DNA from: a virus
DNA: 64,000 bases
Direction: 5' to 3' (one strand)
IMG/VR virus record: IMGVR_UViG_3300045988_048443
Shown: piece by piece, positions 63,778 to 64,000 of the stretch
How positions within the stretch are numbered: position 1 is the first letter of the stretch
Layout: the number at the start of each line of letters is the position of its first letter
Position numbers and translations under genes: made by a program
The notes under the pieces: generated by a model
The model's input: the letters and a program-made list of their open reading frames with translations, nothing else
Told to the model about the DNA's origin: nothing
Databases searched by the model: none

Positions 63778-64000
63778 AATTAATTCTTATTTTAAATGGT
63801 TTATTAATACCGTCATAAGAAACAGTTGTATGATATATTATATCATGTTTCTTACGCTTAAACTTATTATATAGAATTTCAGCTACAGCACTTATAGTAA
63901 AATAATCAATAGCATTAGTATTAAAACTAGCTTTAATTTCATTACGTAAAAGCACCATAGCTTCAGTGTCTTTATTCCTAAGTTGAACTTGTGTTACAAT
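63764..64000 (-). CDS. Hypothetical protein, possibly 5'-truncated by the window edge
   Basis: The listed ORF starts at the ATG at 63958, but the same frame stays open to nt 64000, so the true start may lie outside the window. Confidence 0.4.
   Translation of the reverse strand: MVTQVQLRNKDTEAMVLLRNEIKASFNTNAIDYFTISAVAEILYNKFKRKKHDIIYHTTVSYDGINKPFKIRINYAIK

Noticed and set aside
1-64000. Stop-codon reassignment, as occurs in some crAss-like lineages
   Set aside because: ORFs of 4.4, 7.2 and 13.8 kb are intact under the standard code. Genes end at TAA, TAG and TGA codons. The only tRNA reads as Gln(UUG), not as a suppressor.
1-64000. CRISPR arrays, integrase/att sites, transposases, toxin-antitoxin or other recognisable defence or anti-defence cassettes
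   Set aside because: I saw no regularly spaced direct repeats and no recombinase or transposase-like ORFs. The many small - strand ORFs (58-64 kb) may include anti-defence genes, but nothing in their sequences supports a specific call.

Overview
The window is AT-rich (about 30% G+C by eye) and looks like part of a crAss-like (Crassvirales-type) podophage genome; that assignment is inferred from gene content and layout. All calls were made by eye, without HMM or BLAST searches. The + strand (nt 1-37531) carries a late virion module. It runs from a tail fibre with an S74-type intramolecular-chaperone C-terminus, through several unrecognisable structural proteins and a 1480-aa tail protein, to a run of putative internal or cargo proteins. 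That run ends in a 2392-aa protein with an HExxH metallopeptidase motif and a single 4608-aa ORF with the DFDID metal-binding signature of crAss/N4-type virion-packaged RNA polymerases. A non-coding convergent junction of about 830 bp (37532-38362) holds strong terminators, one tRNA-Gln(UUG) and an unexplained structured stretch. The - strand (38363-64000) carries a replication and nucleotide-metabolism module. Its recognisable products are a lipoprotein, a thioredoxin-fold protein, dUTPase, a DUF932-like protein, ThyX, an ATP-dependent DNA ligase, a DnaG/Toprim primase, an SSB ending in DDLPF, a RecT-like protein, family B DNA polymerase, a UDG-like protein and an SF1 Dda/RecD-like helicase, alongside many small unknown ORFs. 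The most unusual signal is a GC-rich 16-19 nt motif, consensus CCGCCCCGTAGAAGAT(G/A)T. I found 17 exact-core copies plus 3 decayed ones, on both strands, every 2-7 kb, in intergenic and coding DNA. Intergenic copies occur mostly as inverted pairs just after stop codons. Coding copies are fitted into the reading frames as P-V or G-G turns. No feature type I know explains this; candidates are a protein-binding, nick or modification site, or a mobile GC cluster. Secondary observations are three short GC-rich patches with shifted codon usage inside late genes, a GC-richer and individually terminated SSB expression island, and a long AT palindrome carrying Bacteroidetes-type -7 boxes. I saw no CRISPR array, integrase, reverse transcriptase or stop-codon reassignment.
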